DNA from: Cyclobacteriaceae bacterium
GTDB taxonomy: Bacteria > Bacteroidota > Bacteroidia > Cytophagales > Cyclobacteriaceae
Assembly: GCA_051155775.1 (NCBI GenBank)
Contig: DAXETV010000046.1
Location: 12,750 to 76,749, forward strand
Length of the DNA stretch: 64,000 nucleotides
Direction of reading: 5' to 3'
This document shows positions 28,707-39,687 of this stretch, piece by piece. Both the position numbers and the translations under genes were made by a program. Numbering within the stretch: position 1 is the first letter of the stretch; each line of letters begins with the position of its first letter. The notes under the pieces are model-generated. The model saw only the letters and a list, made by a program, of their open reading frames with translations, did no database searches and was not told where the DNA came from.

Positions 28707-29492
28707 GTGAAATATATCTTCTCAATATTGATTTTTAGTCTTTTGGCCTGCTGTTCTGACGACATCATAGTATTAAATGCAGAGCAGCAACTGGATGCAT
28801 TGACTTCAGACTCTGTGCCGACAGATAAAGTAGCGTATCACTTTGGTGAACTGCCCGACAATAATGCGATAAATGATTATTTCGATATAATTTCAATTAT
28901 CAAAAAGAGTGGTGAGCTGCATGTAACGGTAGATTATTCCGGTGGATGCAAAGAACATAATTTTAATGTTTGGTGGAATGGCACATTTCTTGAATCAGAT
29001 CCAATGCAGTTAAGATTGGGCATTACACACAATGCCAATGATGATCTATGCGAGGCATTGGTAAGAGAAACAATAATTATTGATTTGACTGAGGCTTTTG
29101 CTGGTAATCCTCCACAATCCCCAACACATATGGATATAACAAATCTTAGTAAAGATCAGACCATTAGAATAGATGCTTTGCTGGATGAGATTGAACAAGG
29201 TGCTACGTGTGACCTTAATGTAACCTTTGACCAGGTGATATGCGGTGATGGGCTTTTTGGAGCCAATTGGTTTAAGCTAGATGGTTTTGATTATTATGAT
29301 GAAGGAAATCTATTACTTCAACCGGTCGCTGCATCAGAAGGTGTTGATATACCATCAGATTTATCTTTGGGAGATTACAAAATTGGTATCGAGATAATGC
29401 ACGGTTTTGTGTTTAATTCAGGTAAGGCCATTTGTATGGCTTATCCCGGGCCATCTGTTCCCATTAAAATCACTTGTATCGAGGCACGATAA
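28707..29492 (+). CDS. hypothetical lipoprotein
   Basis: GTG start and signal with lipobox FSLLACCS. Cys-rich; no family recognised. Confidence 0.4.
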   Translation: MKYIFSILIFSLLACCSDDIIVLNAEQQLDALTSDSVPTDKVAYHFGELPDNNAINDYFDIISIIKKSGELHVTVDYSGGCKEHNFNVWWNGTFLESDPMQLRLGITHNANDDLCEALVRETIIIDLTEAFAGNPPQSPTHMDITNLSKDQTIRIDALLDEIEQGATCDLNVTFDQVICGDGLFGANWFKLDGFDYYDEGNLLLQPVAASEGVDIPSDLSLGDYKIGIEIMHGFVFNSGKAICMAYPGPSVPIKITCIEAR

Positions 29493-29714
29493 TTAATTTG
29501 ATCTGAGTGAGCTTATATCTTCTGAGCGTTTTACTTACTCTGAAGAATCAATCAACCAAAATCAACTATTTTTATATCGGGGTACATTAAATGGAGGTTT
29601 TGTGTTGCTGATAAAAATATAACCAAAACACTTATTACTGACGGTTATTGTTTTCATTCTTTACAAATACCTAACTATTATTCCGCTTAGCTGAGCATTG
29701 AAAAGGCTTTATAA

Positions 29715-30809
29715 CTATTCAATACCCGTAAATAAACGGCTCCATCTAACCCGTGTGAAGAACTTGTATAGTGGGCCATTTTCAAGGGAAAACCAGATAA
29801 ACAATGCCTTGCCCACCACATGATCCTGAGGTACGAAGCCCCAATACCTTGAATCCAGGGAATTGTGTCTGTTATCTCCCATCATAAAATAGTAGTCCTG
29901 TTTGAAGGTATATTCATCTATTTCCTCGCCATTAATGAATAATTTATTGTCCCTTATTTCAGGATTTTCGTTACCATCAAATGTTATGATCACGTTTTTG
30001 TAGATGGCCAGGGTTGAATCATTTATATCTATTGTTTCACCCTCAGCAGGGATATGGAGTGGTCCAAAATTATCCACCGTCCATCCGAAATCTTTTTCAT
30101 CAGGGAAGATATCCTGGGTGAATGTGCCTTTTTCAAATATCCGTTCCTCCACATTGCTTATGAAATCATAGCTCTGCAGGATCTCCGCATTTTTTTTAGT
30201 GGTATGCACGATGTAACCCCCGGGGGCCTTTGTTACATCCGTAATGTCTAGTTTTTTAAATACCCGGTTTCGAATATCAGTGTTGGTGTACACTGAAAAT
30301 GCAGTTTGTTTGATTCCTGGACTCTGGATTGGATTCCCATCAATGTGTACTTTTTTATTAATGATTTCAATATTATCACCGGGCAGACCTATACATCTTT
30401 TTATATAATAGGTCTTCATGTCCACCGGATAATGAAATTCCATAGGATAATTAAAGACCACCGGATCATTCCGTTTGATCTCTGAAAACCCGGGTAATCG
30501 ATAAAAGGGTAACTGAATCCAGTCTAAATAAGATCTGACATTTAATACTGGAACTTTTTGATGCGTAAGGGGTACCTGAAGTGGTGTTTTGAATGTTCGT
30601 GAACCATAATGGAACTTACTAACAAAGAGATAATCACCAACTAACAGCGATTTTTCCATGGAGGGTGTTGGTATAGTAAATGCTTCCATCACCAGCCACC
30701 TGATCAGTGATGCTGCGATTACAGCAAACACAATTGCATCAACCCATTCCCTTACTAAACCTTTCTTCTTTCTTTCTTTTTTCTTTTTTTTAAAGGACAA
30801 TACGTTCAT
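29715..30809 (-). CDS. lepB: signal peptidase I
   Basis: Catalytic Ser box PTPSMEKSL, Lys box YIKRCIGLPGD, and GDNRHNSLDSRYWGFVP. Confidence 0.85.
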   Translation of the reverse strand: MNVLSFKKKKKERKKKGLVREWVDAIVFAVIAASLIRWLVMEAFTIPTPSMEKSLLVGDYLFVSKFHYGSRTFKTPLQVPLTHQKVPVLNVRSYLDWIQLPFYRLPGFSEIKRNDPVVFNYPMEFHYPVDMKTYYIKRCIGLPGDNIEIINKKVHIDGNPIQSPGIKQTAFSVYTNTDIRNRVFKKLDITDVTKAPGGYIVHTTKKNAEILQSYDFISNVEERIFEKGTFTQDIFPDEKDFGWTVDNFGPLHIPAEGETIDINDSTLAIYKNVIITFDGNENPEIRDNKLFINGEEIDEYTFKQDYYFMMGDNRHNSLDSRYWGFVPQDHVVGKALFIWFSLENGPLYKFFTRVRWSRLFTGIE

Positions 30810-30812
30810 AAG

Positions 30813-31505
30813 TTAATCTTCACTTAGGTATGATTCAGGGTCAACACACTCATTGTTTCTAAATATTTCATAATGAAGATGCGCTTTTGATGACCCAATT
30901 TTTCCTGAAAGCGCAATATTATCGCCTTTTTTCACAAAAGCCCCCTCCTCAACTTTTATTTCTGATAAGCTGGCATATAATGTTGAAAATTCATTGTTAT
31001 GTTTAACTATAATATAATTTCCATAGTCTTTTGATGCGTCAACAATGACCACCTCACCGCGTGCTGCTGAGAGAACCTTGGTTCCAAACGGAGCTATTAT
31101 ATCAATTCCATTCTGTTTCTTAATTGCTCCATTGATGGTATGATCACCAAAGGTTAATGCTGTTTTGTAGCCATTTCCAAGAGGATGAATATCAGGTTTT
31201 TCCTGTGCATCCACACCAATGACCATGGTAAATAATAACACCACAATAGCCAGGCTAACGTTTTTTGTTCTTGACAAAATCTTTCTTTGAAGGAGTTTTT
31301 GTCTATTTTTTTCTATTGCCTGGAGGTCAAATTCTTCCAGGACAGTATTAACGGCATCGTGAAAATTACTTCCTTCTACTAAGAGATCTTCAACCTTGCA
31401 AATGACATGGTCCATTACTTCATTTCTAAGTGATTCATTGGACAATCTATTTGCTTTCAGTCGATCATTAATGTAATTTATTTGAATAGAATCAGCAATA
31501 TTCAT
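30813..31505 (-). CDS. membrane-anchored M23 family metallopeptidase
   Basis: N-terminal cytoplasmic helical part, one TM (VSLAIVVLLFTMVIGV), C-terminal LytM domain with GIDIIAPFGTKV and HLHYEI. Confidence 0.75.
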   Translation of the reverse strand: MNIADSIQINYINDRLKANRLSNESLRNEVMDHVICKVEDLLVEGSNFHDAVNTVLEEFDLQAIEKNRQKLLQRKILSRTKNVSLAIVVLLFTMVIGVDAQEKPDIHPLGNGYKTALTFGDHTINGAIKKQNGIDIIAPFGTKVLSAARGEVVIVDASKDYGNYIIVKHNNEFSTLYASLSEIKVEEGAFVKKGDNIALSGKIGSSKAHLHYEIFRNNECVDPESYLSED

Positions 31506-31506
31506 T

Positions 31507-31833
31507 TTATTGGGGTTTTAATAGAAGATTGATGGTGTTAATGAAATCATAGAACTCATTTACCAGTTGACCCGATGTAGCACCGCCTTTTGAGGTCAGA
31601 TAGTAATATTTCCTTATTCTTTTTCCAATTTTCTGTGTTTCTGTCTTTAAATAGCCATCAGCTTCTAACCGATGTAATGTGGGGTAAAGTGCGCCTTCAG
31701 TTAACTGAATTTTTCCATCGGTCATTTTCTTAACTTCCTGGGTAATTTCATAGCCATACATCCTTTCATTTTCTTTTAATAATTTCAGGATTATAGTTTT
31801 TAATGTTCCTTTTAATAATTCTTTTGAATGCAT
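31507..31833 (-). CDS. PadR family transcriptional regulator
   Basis: MYGYEITQEV...GALYPTLHRLEADGYL winged-helix signature. Confidence 0.85.
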   Translation of the reverse strand: MHSKELLKGTLKTIILKLLKENERMYGYEITQEVKKMTDGKIQLTEGALYPTLHRLEADGYLKTETQKIGKRIRKYYYLTSKGGATSGQLVNEFYDFINTINLLLKPQ

Positions 31834-31965
31834 TGGACAAAGATATATAAGAAATTAATACATAGATTTATTATGTATATAAATTATTTATAAGTTAATT
31901 TTATAGAAATATTTAAGTCATAACATTTATATTAATTGATTATTAATACATAAAAGCAATTTCAC

Positions 31966-32373
31966 ATGGAGATATCCGTAGAACGATTAAATAGTTTAAG
32001 TGCTCAGATAATAGAATACTTTAATGTTTCAGAGGATGAAGTAAATCCAAGATTACATCCTAATAAAGTGTCATTCATCAAGCGTATAGCAAAGCATTGG
32101 ACATCCGAGGGTATAATGGTTACTGAGGAGATAATGGGTGACCTTGAATTTATTTTACAGTATTTTGACAAAGGTCAGTCAATACCGGAAGATGATGCAA
32201 GAAATATACTGGTTGAACTAAGAAGGGCACATAGTATTGTGATCAAATATCAAAACATCATGAAACATTTTAACGTTGATGACTTTCTTGTCAGAAAATT
32301 TGTAAATAACGTTAACACCATAGAAAACGATCTTGATGAAGTCAATAGCAGGCTATCTAAGATTAGGGATTAA
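31966..32373 (+). CDS. hypothetical protein
   Basis: 135-aa ORF in an otherwise empty gap. No recognisable motif. Confidence 0.35.
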   Translation: MEISVERLNSLSAQIIEYFNVSEDEVNPRLHPNKVSFIKRIAKHWTSEGIMVTEEIMGDLEFILQYFDKGQSIPEDDARNILVELRRAHSIVIKYQNIMKHFNVDDFLVRKFVNNVNTIENDLDEVNSRLSKIRD

Positions 32374-32401
32374 AATTCCATTACAAAGATAATTTTTTAT
32401 C

Positions 32402-32409
32402 TAACTTTG
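32402..32409 (+). promoter_or_regulatory. Bacteroidota sigma-A -7 box (TAACTTTG) upstream of tRNA-Met
   Basis: Exact match to TAnnTTTG, 13 nt before the mature tRNA 5' end. Confidence 0.45.
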
Positions 32410-32422
32410 CAATCCAAATTTT

Positions 32423-32496
32423 GGCGAGGTAGCTCAGCTGGTTAGAGCGCAGGATTCATAACCCTGAGGTCGGGGGTTCAAGTCCCCCCTTCGCTA
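32423..32496 (+). tRNA. tRNA with CAT anticodon (elongator Met, or Ile2 if lysidinylated)
   Basis: Hand-folded cloverleaf. Acceptor GGCGAGG/CTTCGCT (two G-U pairs), D arm GCTC-AGCTGGTTA-GAGC, anticodon loop TTCATAA, T arm GGGGG-TTCAAGT-CCCCC, discriminator A. No encoded CCA. Not initiator-like. Confidence 0.85.
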
Positions 32497-32601
32497 CTCA
32501 TTTAGTCCTACACCTATCAATTCCTTTATTTATTCACAATAATCATAACATCCCCGCCGGGACATAAGTATAAATCATAGTACCTACATATAATCAAATA
32601 C

Positions 32602-33930
32602 ATGACAGATCACCAGATTAAAATTCCAGAAACTGAAAAAAAGCGAGTAATAATTGTTGGAGGTGGTTTTGGGGGTATCAAACTAGCCAAAAAATTGAGA
32701 AGTAAGGATTTTCAAGTGGTTATGTTTGATCGTCATAATTACCATACGTTCCAGCCTTTGCTTTACCAGGTGGCCACGGCTGCACTGGAGCCTGACTCAA
32801 TTGCCGGGCCTCTCAGGAAAATGTTGGAAAATAATAAGGATTTTTATTTTCGTATGGCTGAAGTTACTGGTTTGGATCCCAACCAACAGGAGGTGATAAC
32901 AGTCATTGGAAGATTGAAATATGATTACCTGGTGCTCGCATATGGCACTGTGACCAACTACTTCGGAAATCAGGATTTTGAACAAAAATCCTTTCCTTTG
33001 AAACAAGTTCCCCATGCGCTTAACCTAAGAAGTTATATTCTTCAGAATTTTGAAAATGCTGTACTTAAAAATGACGATAAAGAGATCCAGCAGCTTATGA
33101 ATTTTGTCATCGTTGGGGGAGGTCCTACAGGTGTGGAGGTTGCCGGCGCATTAGGTGAGCTAAAACTGCATGTGCTTCCCAGGGATTATCCCGACTTAAA
33201 CTTTAAGCGTATGGAAATCTTTCTTATTGAGGGCCAATCAAGGTTGTTGCCAGCAATGTCGAAGTCGTCCAGCGAAAGAGCGTATAAGTACTTGAAAAAG
33301 TTTGACGTTAACGTACAGATAGAAAAATTTGTCCAGGATTATGACGGTGAAAAAGTAACACTGAGCGACGGACTAACTATACCTACCAAAACACTGGTTT
33401 GGGCAGCAGGGGTAACCGGAAGCAAGATAGAAGGGATACCAGAGGAGGTTTCGCAAAGAGGTAGGATTTTAGTAAATGAATACAATCAGGTGAAGGGATT
33501 TGATAATATTTTTGCCATCGGTGACATTGCTATGATGAAGACTGACCTTTTAACCGATGGCCATCCGCAGTTAGCCCCTGTGGCCATGCAGCAGGGACAA
33601 TTATTAGGTAAAAACCTTATAAAGATTAATAACGGGAAGAAACCAGAGAAATTCAAATATCATCATAAAGGATCCATGGCCACTATTGGCAGAAACAGGG
33701 CAGTGGTTGACTTACCTGGAAAGGTTCATTTTGGAGGTCTTCTGGCCTGGATTACCTGGATGTTTGTCCATTTACTTCAGTTGATAGGCTTTAGAAATAA
33801 ACTGGTGGTCTTTAGCAACTGGGCATGGAATTATTTTACTTATGATAGAGGAACAAGATTGATTATACGCCCTTTTCATCGAAAAGAAGCGCCTAAGGAG
33901 GTCAAAAAAACCGGATCTGTTGCATTATGA
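32602..33930 (+). CDS. ndh: type II NADH:quinone oxidoreductase (NDH-2)
   Basis: Two dinucleotide folds, IIVGGGFGGIKLA and VIVGGGPTGVEVAGAL, plus a C-terminal membrane-association helix. Confidence 0.85.
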   Translation: MTDHQIKIPETEKKRVIIVGGGFGGIKLAKKLRSKDFQVVMFDRHNYHTFQPLLYQVATAALEPDSIAGPLRKMLENNKDFYFRMAEVTGLDPNQQEVITVIGRLKYDYLVLAYGTVTNYFGNQDFEQKSFPLKQVPHALNLRSYILQNFENAVLKNDDKEIQQLMNFVIVGGGPTGVEVAGALGELKLHVLPRDYPDLNFKRMEIFLIEGQSRLLPAMSKSSSERAYKYLKKFDVNVQIEKFVQDYDGEKVTLSDGLTIPTKTLVWAAGVTGSKIEGIPEEVSQRGRILVNEYNQVKGFDNIFAIGDIAMMKTDLLTDGHPQLAPVAMQQGQLLGKNLIKINNGKKPEKFKYHHKGSMATIGRNRAVVDLPGKVHFGGLLAWITWMFVHLLQLIGFRNKLVVFSNWAWNYFTYDRGTRLIIRPFHRKEAPKEVKKTGSVAL

Positions 33931-34037
33931 AGGTAAATAAACTTATTGTTCATAATAATTGATTATACAATTTATAGGTATGATTGACATTTCCATTTTT
34001 TTTCTTACCTTAAGACGTGTATTAATAAAGTAGAGAT

Positions 34038-34430
34038 ATGGAAAAGATAGAATATGAGGGCGAATATGAAATCAACGCTTCCAAGAAGATGTTGTTCCCT
34101 TATTTAAGCACAGCAAGTGGGCTTTCTCAATGGTTTGCAGATGATGTAAATATTAATGAGGATAAAGTATTTGTTTTCGTATGGGATGGAGAAGAAACCA
34201 AGGCCAAATTAGTATCACAGCGGTCTAACAGTCATGTGAAATTTGAATTCTTTTCTAAAGAAAACAATGAGGAACCCAATACACTGGAATTGCGTCTGGA
34301 ACAAAACGAAATAACTCAATCTGTCTTTATTCATGTAAAAGATTACTCAGACATGGTGGAAGATGAAGATGAAGCACGTGAACTTTGGGATAATCTTATC
34401 CATGATTTAAAAGAAATAATTGGCGGGTAA
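34038..34430 (+). CDS. START-like/SRPBCC fold protein
   Basis: 130 aa with the beta-rich pattern and LSQWFADDV segment seen in Bacteroidota START-like proteins. Assignment is by pattern only. Confidence 0.45.
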   Translation: MEKIEYEGEYEINASKKMLFPYLSTASGLSQWFADDVNINEDKVFVFVWDGEETKAKLVSQRSNSHVKFEFFSKENNEEPNTLELRLEQNEITQSVFIHVKDYSDMVEDEDEARELWDNLIHDLKEIIGG

Positions 34431-34457
34431 CTAAACATCTGTTCCTTTGCGATATAT

Positions 34458-36062
34458 ATGAAAAAAGTTGATAAACTAATTTTATCCACTTTTATATGGC
34501 CATTTTTACTGACTACTATCCTGGCCATATTTATTCTGTTGATACAATTTATGCTGAAGTACTTTGACGACTTTGTCGGTAAAGGCCTGGGATTTGTAGT
34601 ATTTGTAAAGCTCATAATATTTTTTAGTATGAATGTTGCCAGGGATGCCCTGCCGCTTGGTGTATTGGTCTCCTCTTTGATGACCTATGGTAATCTTGGG
34701 CAACACTTTGAACTGACCGCTATAAAAGGCGCTGGTATCTCCTTAGTCAGAACACTTAGACCTATATTTTTCTTCGTGGTTGTGTTGTCCCTCATTGCAT
34801 TTTATTTTAATGATCGCATCGTGCCTGTCACAAATTTAAAAGCTTACAGTTTGCTTTATGATATTAAAAAGAAAAAACCGTCATTCGATTTGAATGAAGG
34901 GCAGTTCTACAATGGAATACCAGGTTATAGCATCAAGGTCAATAAAAAATTTCCCAATGGGTTTTCATTAAAAGACGTGATTATTTATGATCATTCTAAT
35001 CCTAAGTCTAAAGGCAATAGCACCGTGATCTTAGCTGACTCTGCAAAAATGTACTCGATATTGAATGATACGTATTTGAAACTGGAGCTTTTTGATGGCA
35101 ATACTTATGCAGAATTTCCTCCAAAAGAACGAAGGGAAAAAATAAAACAGCTTGAACGACGAGCATTTGAGAAGATGGATATTGTGATGGATATGTCTTC
35201 CTTCAATATGGTGAGAACGGATGAAAAGCTCTTTGCCGGTAGCCGATTAATGAAGAATATTAAGCAGCTCACAGAAGATATTGACTCACTAAATAAGACC
35301 GTACTAATCAATAAACAAAAGCTATACTACCGGGCTAATAATTTCTACGTGCATCACCTGGATAATCGTATCGATCCAATTATCCCGGTAGGTCAATTGA
35401 CAGACTCTGCCTCCGATAAATCTAACACCAAAAAGCAAAAAAATACTAAAGCAGTAAAGGAAAAAGCGTCTTTTTTCCCTTTTGACCTTTCTCAAGACCC
35501 CAATCAGAAGATTAAAAAATCAAGAATAAGAAATATCGATAAGAAAGATACCGCTGAGTACTTATTTGAAATTGATACATTGTTTAAAGCTGAATATAAA
35601 CGGAAAAATATTATTAACAATGCTTTAAATAAAGCAAGGTCGTCCAATGTTATTTTACAAAGTAGCTACAGGAATGTAAAGCGGGTAACTGAAGAAATGT
35701 ACAGGCATATTATTGAAAAAAATAAAAAGTATGCCCAATCATTTGCCTGCCTGGTAATGTTTTTGATAGGTGCTCCCTTGGGTGCTATAATAAAAAAAGG
35801 AGGATTAGGTTTTCCGGTCATCATTTCGGTGGTATTCTACATAATATATTATGTTATAAATATTTTAAGTGAAAAATGGGCAAGAGAAGGTTTTATTGAT
35901 GGCCAGGTAAGTGTGTGGATGGCAGATGTCCTTTTATTGCCCATAGGTTTGTTTTTTCTGCGTCAGGCCAGAATTGATGCCCGATTATTTGATAGTGATT
36001 TCTATAATGTGATGATAGATAAGATTAAACAGTTTTTAAAGGTTAATAATCAAAGAAAATGA
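34458..36062 (+). CDS. LptF/LptG family permease (with enlarged periplasmic insert)
   Basis: N-terminal three TMs, large hydrophilic domain, C-terminal three TMs. YjgP/YjgQ-like N-terminus LILSTFIWPFLLT. Confidence 0.7.
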   Translation: MKKVDKLILSTFIWPFLLTTILAIFILLIQFMLKYFDDFVGKGLGFVVFVKLIIFFSMNVARDALPLGVLVSSLMTYGNLGQHFELTAIKGAGISLVRTLRPIFFFVVVLSLIAFYFNDRIVPVTNLKAYSLLYDIKKKKPSFDLNEGQFYNGIPGYSIKVNKKFPNGFSLKDVIIYDHSNPKSKGNSTVILADSAKMYSILNDTYLKLELFDGNTYAEFPPKERREKIKQLERRAFEKMDIVMDMSSFNMVRTDEKLFAGSRLMKNIKQLTEDIDSLNKTVLINKQKLYYRANNFYVHHLDNRIDPIIPVGQLTDSASDKSNTKKQKNTKAVKEKASFFPFDLSQDPNQKIKKSRIRNIDKKDTAEYLFEIDTLFKAEYKRKNIINNALNKARSSNVILQSSYRNVKRVTEEMYRHIIEKNKKYAQSFACLVMFLIGAPLGAIIKKGGLGFPVIISVVFYIIYYVINILSEKWAREGFIDGQVSVWMADVLLLPIGLFFLRQARIDARLFDSDFYNVMIDKIKQFLKVNNQRK

Positions 36063-36084
36063 TATTGGATTATTTAAAATAATT

Positions 36085-36092
36085 TAACTTTG
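36085..36092 (+). promoter_or_regulatory. -7 box TAACTTTG upstream of rpsO
   Basis: Exact TAnnTTTG, 32 nt upstream of the rpsO ATG. Confidence 0.45.
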
Positions 36093-36124
36093 CAGGCTAA
36101 ATAAAAAAAAGTATAGTTTATAAT

Positions 36125-36400
36125 ATGTATCTAGACACTGAAAAGAAGCAGGATTTATTTGAAACACATGGGATTCTGAAAACAAAAAAGGATACCGGTT
36201 CACCTGAATCGCAAATTGCGCTGTTTTCTTACAGAATAAATCATCTTACTGACCACTTAAAGAAAAATAAGAAGGATCATTCTTCAAGACTGGGACTATT
36301 GAAATTAGTTGGTAAGAGAAGAAAGTTGTTAAACTATCTCTACAAGAATGATATTGAGCGTTACAGAGCTATTATTGCTGATTTAAAACTTAGAAAATAA
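36125..36400 (+). CDS. rpsO: 30S ribosomal protein S15
   Basis: 91 aa with [29 protein letters not shown]. Confidence 0.95.
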   Translation: MYLDTEKKQDLFETHGILKTKKDTGSPESQIALFSYRINHLTDHLKKNKKDHSSRLGLLKLVGKRRKLLNYLYKNDIERYRAIIADLKLRK

Positions 36401-36409
36401 TTCGGTTAA

Positions 36410-36436
36410 GGGAACCATACTTTGGTTCCTTTTTTA
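36410..36436 (+). terminator. Rho-independent terminator after rpsO
   Basis: GGAACCA / TGGTTCC 7-bp stem, 5-nt loop, then T6. Confidence 0.6.
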
Positions 36437-36514
36437 TTCCATCCTTCCAGTAAAACCACCTTATTAATTAATTAATTTCTATAACAATTAAATTTCACAC
36501 CTTATCTTAAATAA

Positions 36515-38656
36515 ATGAAACCAGAGGGAATAACTAAATCGATCCAACTCAAAGACGGAAGAGAGATATCCATAGAAACAGGCAGGCTGGCTAAGCAGGC
36601 CGATGGTGCAGTTGTAGTGAAAATGGGCAAAACGATGATTTTAGCTACTGCAGTATCCAAAACTGATCCTCTAGAAGGTGCAGATTTTATGCCCCTATCG
36701 GTAGACTACCAGGAGAAATTCGCTGCAGCTGGAAAAATACCCGGGGGATTTTTAAAACGGGAAGGCAGACTTTCAGACTATGAGGTTCTGGTATCGAGAT
36801 TAGTCGACAGAATTTTAAGGCCTATGTTTCCTGATGATTACCATGCGGATACTCAGATAAACCTTTCATTAATTTCCGCAGATGAGGAAGTATTTCCTGA
36901 TGCTCTGGCGGCTTTAGCCGCCTCAGCAGCGCTGTCTATTTCAGATATACCGTTCAACGGGCCGATTTCTGAGGTTCGGGTGATCAAACTTGGAGATGAA
37001 TACCACATAAACCCTTCGCCAAAGCAAATTACAGAGGCTTCTTTAGACTTGATGGTGGGTGCCTCCTATGACAATATAGCAATGGTTGAAGGTGAGTCGA
37101 ATGAAGTTTCTGAAGGTGAAATGTTGGAGGCTTTGAAAGTGGCACATGAAGCCATCAAAGAACAATGCATATTACAAAAAGATCTGATAGAAGCTATTGG
37201 GGGCGTTGAAAAAAGGGAATATGATCATGAGGTTCATGATGAAGAGCTTAAAGAAAAAATTTATAAAGACTATTTTGATAAGGTATACGATATTGCATCA
37301 AAAGGAATAGCAAATAAATCTGAAAGAAAAAGCCAGTTTGATGCCATAAAAGAAGCTTTTGTAGAATCCCTTCCGGAAGATGATGAAACTGATGAGGATC
37401 TGATAAATAAATATTTCCATAATCTTGAAAAAGACGCTATTAGAAAATATGTGTTAGATACACATAAACGTATCGACAATCGTGATCTTGATGAAATTCG
37501 ACCCATATGGTCGGAAGTCGACTACCTGCCTTCCGCTCACGGCTCTGCAATATTTACAAGGGGTGAGACACAATCTTTAACAACAGTAACTGTTGGTACC
37601 AAGCTGGACGAGCAAATGATCGATGGGGCTATGATCTCAGGTTATAATAAATTCATATTACATTATAATTTCCCTGGTTTTTCAACAGGAGAAGTTAAGC
37701 CAAATAGAGGGCCGGGCAGAAGAGAAGTGGGGCACGGTAACCTGGCATTGAGGGCCTTAAAGGCAGTAGTTCCTCCTGACCACGAGAACCCTTACACCGT
37801 TCGGGTTGTTTCGGATATTCTTGAATCAAATGGTTCGTCATCTATGGCGACTGTTTGCGCAGGGACACTATCCCTTATGGATGCCGGCATTAAAATAAAA
37901 GCGCCTGTCTCCGGAATTGCTATGGGAATGATTTCTGACAGCGAAACTGGAAAATACGCCATACTCTCAGATATACTTGGAGATGAAGATCATCTGGGAG
38001 ACATGGATTTTAAGGTAGCAGGTACGGAAGAAGGTATAACAGCCTGTCAGATGGATATAAAGATCGATGGATTGTCATATGATTTACTTGCTGAGGCACT
38101 TGAACAGGCCAAAACGGGAAGATTGGAGATATTGAATAAAATGAAAGAAAGCATTTCCGAGCCAAGGACAGATTTGAAACCGACGGCTCCAAGAATCTAT
38201 CAAATGAGGGTTGATAAAGACTTTATTGGTGCTATAATTGGGCCTGGTGGTAAAGTGATACAAGAGCTTCAGAAAGAAACAGGGGCTACAATTGTGATTG
38301 AAGAAAAAGATGAATTCGGGGAAGTGAACATTTTTTCTAATGATAAGGATTCTTTGGAAGGAGCTGTAAACAAAATAAAACAAATCGTTGCTGTCCCCGA
38401 AGTAGGTGCTGTATACGACGGGGTAGTAAAATCAATTATGCCATTTGGCGCCTTTATAGAATTTCTCCCTGGTAAGGATGGATTGTTACACATCTCTGAG
38501 ATCAAGTGGGAAAGATTAGAAAGTATGGATGGCGTTTTGGAGGTTGGAGAAGAAGTGAAGGTTAAGTTGATAGAGGTAGATAAGAAAACAGGAAAATTTA
38601 GATTATCAAGAAAAGCATTACTCCCTAAACCTCCAAAAAAACAAAAAGCTGTCTAA
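36515..38656 (+). CDS. pnp: polyribonucleotide nucleotidyltransferase (PNPase)
   Basis: Two RNase PH domains ([23 protein letters not shown]), then KH and S1 domains. Classic rpsO-pnp synteny. Confidence 0.95.
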   Translation: MKPEGITKSIQLKDGREISIETGRLAKQADGAVVVKMGKTMILATAVSKTDPLEGADFMPLSVDYQEKFAAAGKIPGGFLKREGRLSDYEVLVSRLVDRILRPMFPDDYHADTQINLSLISADEEVFPDALAALAASAALSISDIPFNGPISEVRVIKLGDEYHINPSPKQITEASLDLMVGASYDNIAMVEGESNEVSEGEMLEALKVAHEAIKEQCILQKDLIEAIGGVEKREYDHEVHDEELKEKIYKDYFDKVYDIASKGIANKSERKSQFDAIKEAFVESLPEDDETDEDLINKYFHNLEKDAIRKYVLDTHKRIDNRDLDEIRPIWSEVDYLPSAHGSAIFTRGETQSLTTVTVGTKLDEQMIDGAMISGYNKFILHYNFPGFSTGEVKPNRGPGRREVGHGNLALRALKAVVPPDHENPYTVRVVSDILESNGSSSMATVCAGTLSLMDAGIKIKAPVSGIAMGMISDSETGKYAILSDILGDEDHLGDMDFKVAGTEEGITACQMDIKIDGLSYDLLAEALEQAKTGRLEILNKMKESISEPRTDLKPTAPRIYQMRVDKDFIGAIIGPGGKVIQELQKETGATIVIEEKDEFGEVNIFSNDKDSLEGAVNKIKQIVAVPEVGAVYDGVVKSIMPFGAFIEFLPGKDGLLHISEIKWERLESMDGVLEVGEEVKVKLIEVDKKTGKFRLSRKALLPKPPKKQKAV

Positions 38657-38730
38657 AGTTAGGTTGGTTAGTAATTATTATTTAATTTTTGCTTAAATAA
38701 TAATATAATATTCTATTAACCTTAATCTAA

Positions 38731-39597
38731 ATGAGACAGCTAAGGATTAGTAAACAAATAACTAATCGTGAAAGTCAATCACTGGATAAGTACTTACAGG
38801 AAATTGGAAAAGTAGAATTGCTAACAGCAGATGAAGAAGTCGTGCTTGCTACCAAAATCCGGAAAGGTGATCCTATTGCACTTGAAAAATTAACAAAAGC
38901 TAATCTTAGATTCGTGGTTTCAGTTGCCAAACAATATCAAAATCAGGGGTTACCATTGGGCGATCTTATTAACGAAGGGAATCTCGGATTGATAAAAGCT
39001 GCTCAACGATTTGATGAGACAAGAGGATTTAAATTCATTTCCTACGCTGTATGGTGGATACGTCAATCGATATTGCAGGCATTAGCTGAACAGTCAAGAA
39101 TTGTTAGACTTCCATTGAACAGGGTTGGCTCATTAAATAAAATATCAAAAACGTTTTCTGAGCTAGAACAAAAATATGAAAGGGAACCATCTCCTGATGA
39201 AATATCTGATGTTCTGAAATTAACATCTACCGAAATTGTAGATACTATGAAAGTTTCTGGTAGGCATATTTCTGTAGATGCACCATTTTCTAAAGAAGAA
39301 GATAATAGCCTATTGGATGTATTAGAAAATGGGAGCGAAGACAAGCCAGACACTCGTTTAATATCAGATTCGCTTAAAAGGGAGATTAAAAGAGCGTTAT
39401 CCACCTTAACCACAAGAGAAACAGATGTTATACTTATGTATTTTGGGTTGAATACCCAACATCCACTCACATTAGAAGAAATAGGAGAAAAGTTTGACCT
39501 AACCCGGGAAAGGGTGAGGCAAATAAAAGAAAAGGCAATTAGGCGGCTAAGGCATACATCACGTAGTAAAGCTTTAAAAACTTACCTGGGTAATTAA
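38731..39597 (+). CDS. rpoD: RNA polymerase primary sigma factor (Bacteroidota short SigA/RpoD)
   Basis: Region 2 [10 protein letters not shown] and region 4.2 [28 protein letters not shown]. 288 aa. Confidence 0.9.
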   Translation: MRQLRISKQITNRESQSLDKYLQEIGKVELLTADEEVVLATKIRKGDPIALEKLTKANLRFVVSVAKQYQNQGLPLGDLINEGNLGLIKAAQRFDETRGFKFISYAVWWIRQSILQALAEQSRIVRLPLNRVGSLNKISKTFSELEQKYEREPSPDEISDVLKLTSTEIVDTMKVSGRHISVDAPFSKEEDNSLLDVLENGSEDKPDTRLISDSLKREIKRALSTLTTRETDVILMYFGLNTQHPLTLEEIGEKFDLTRERVRQIKEKAIRRLRHTSRSKALKTYLGN

Positions 39598-39687
39598 ACG
39601 AGTATTAAACATGACAAATTTGTCTTTTATAAAATCGTAAGGTATTACAATCCCGTTACTTGATTAGATTAACTGAAAACAACATAT

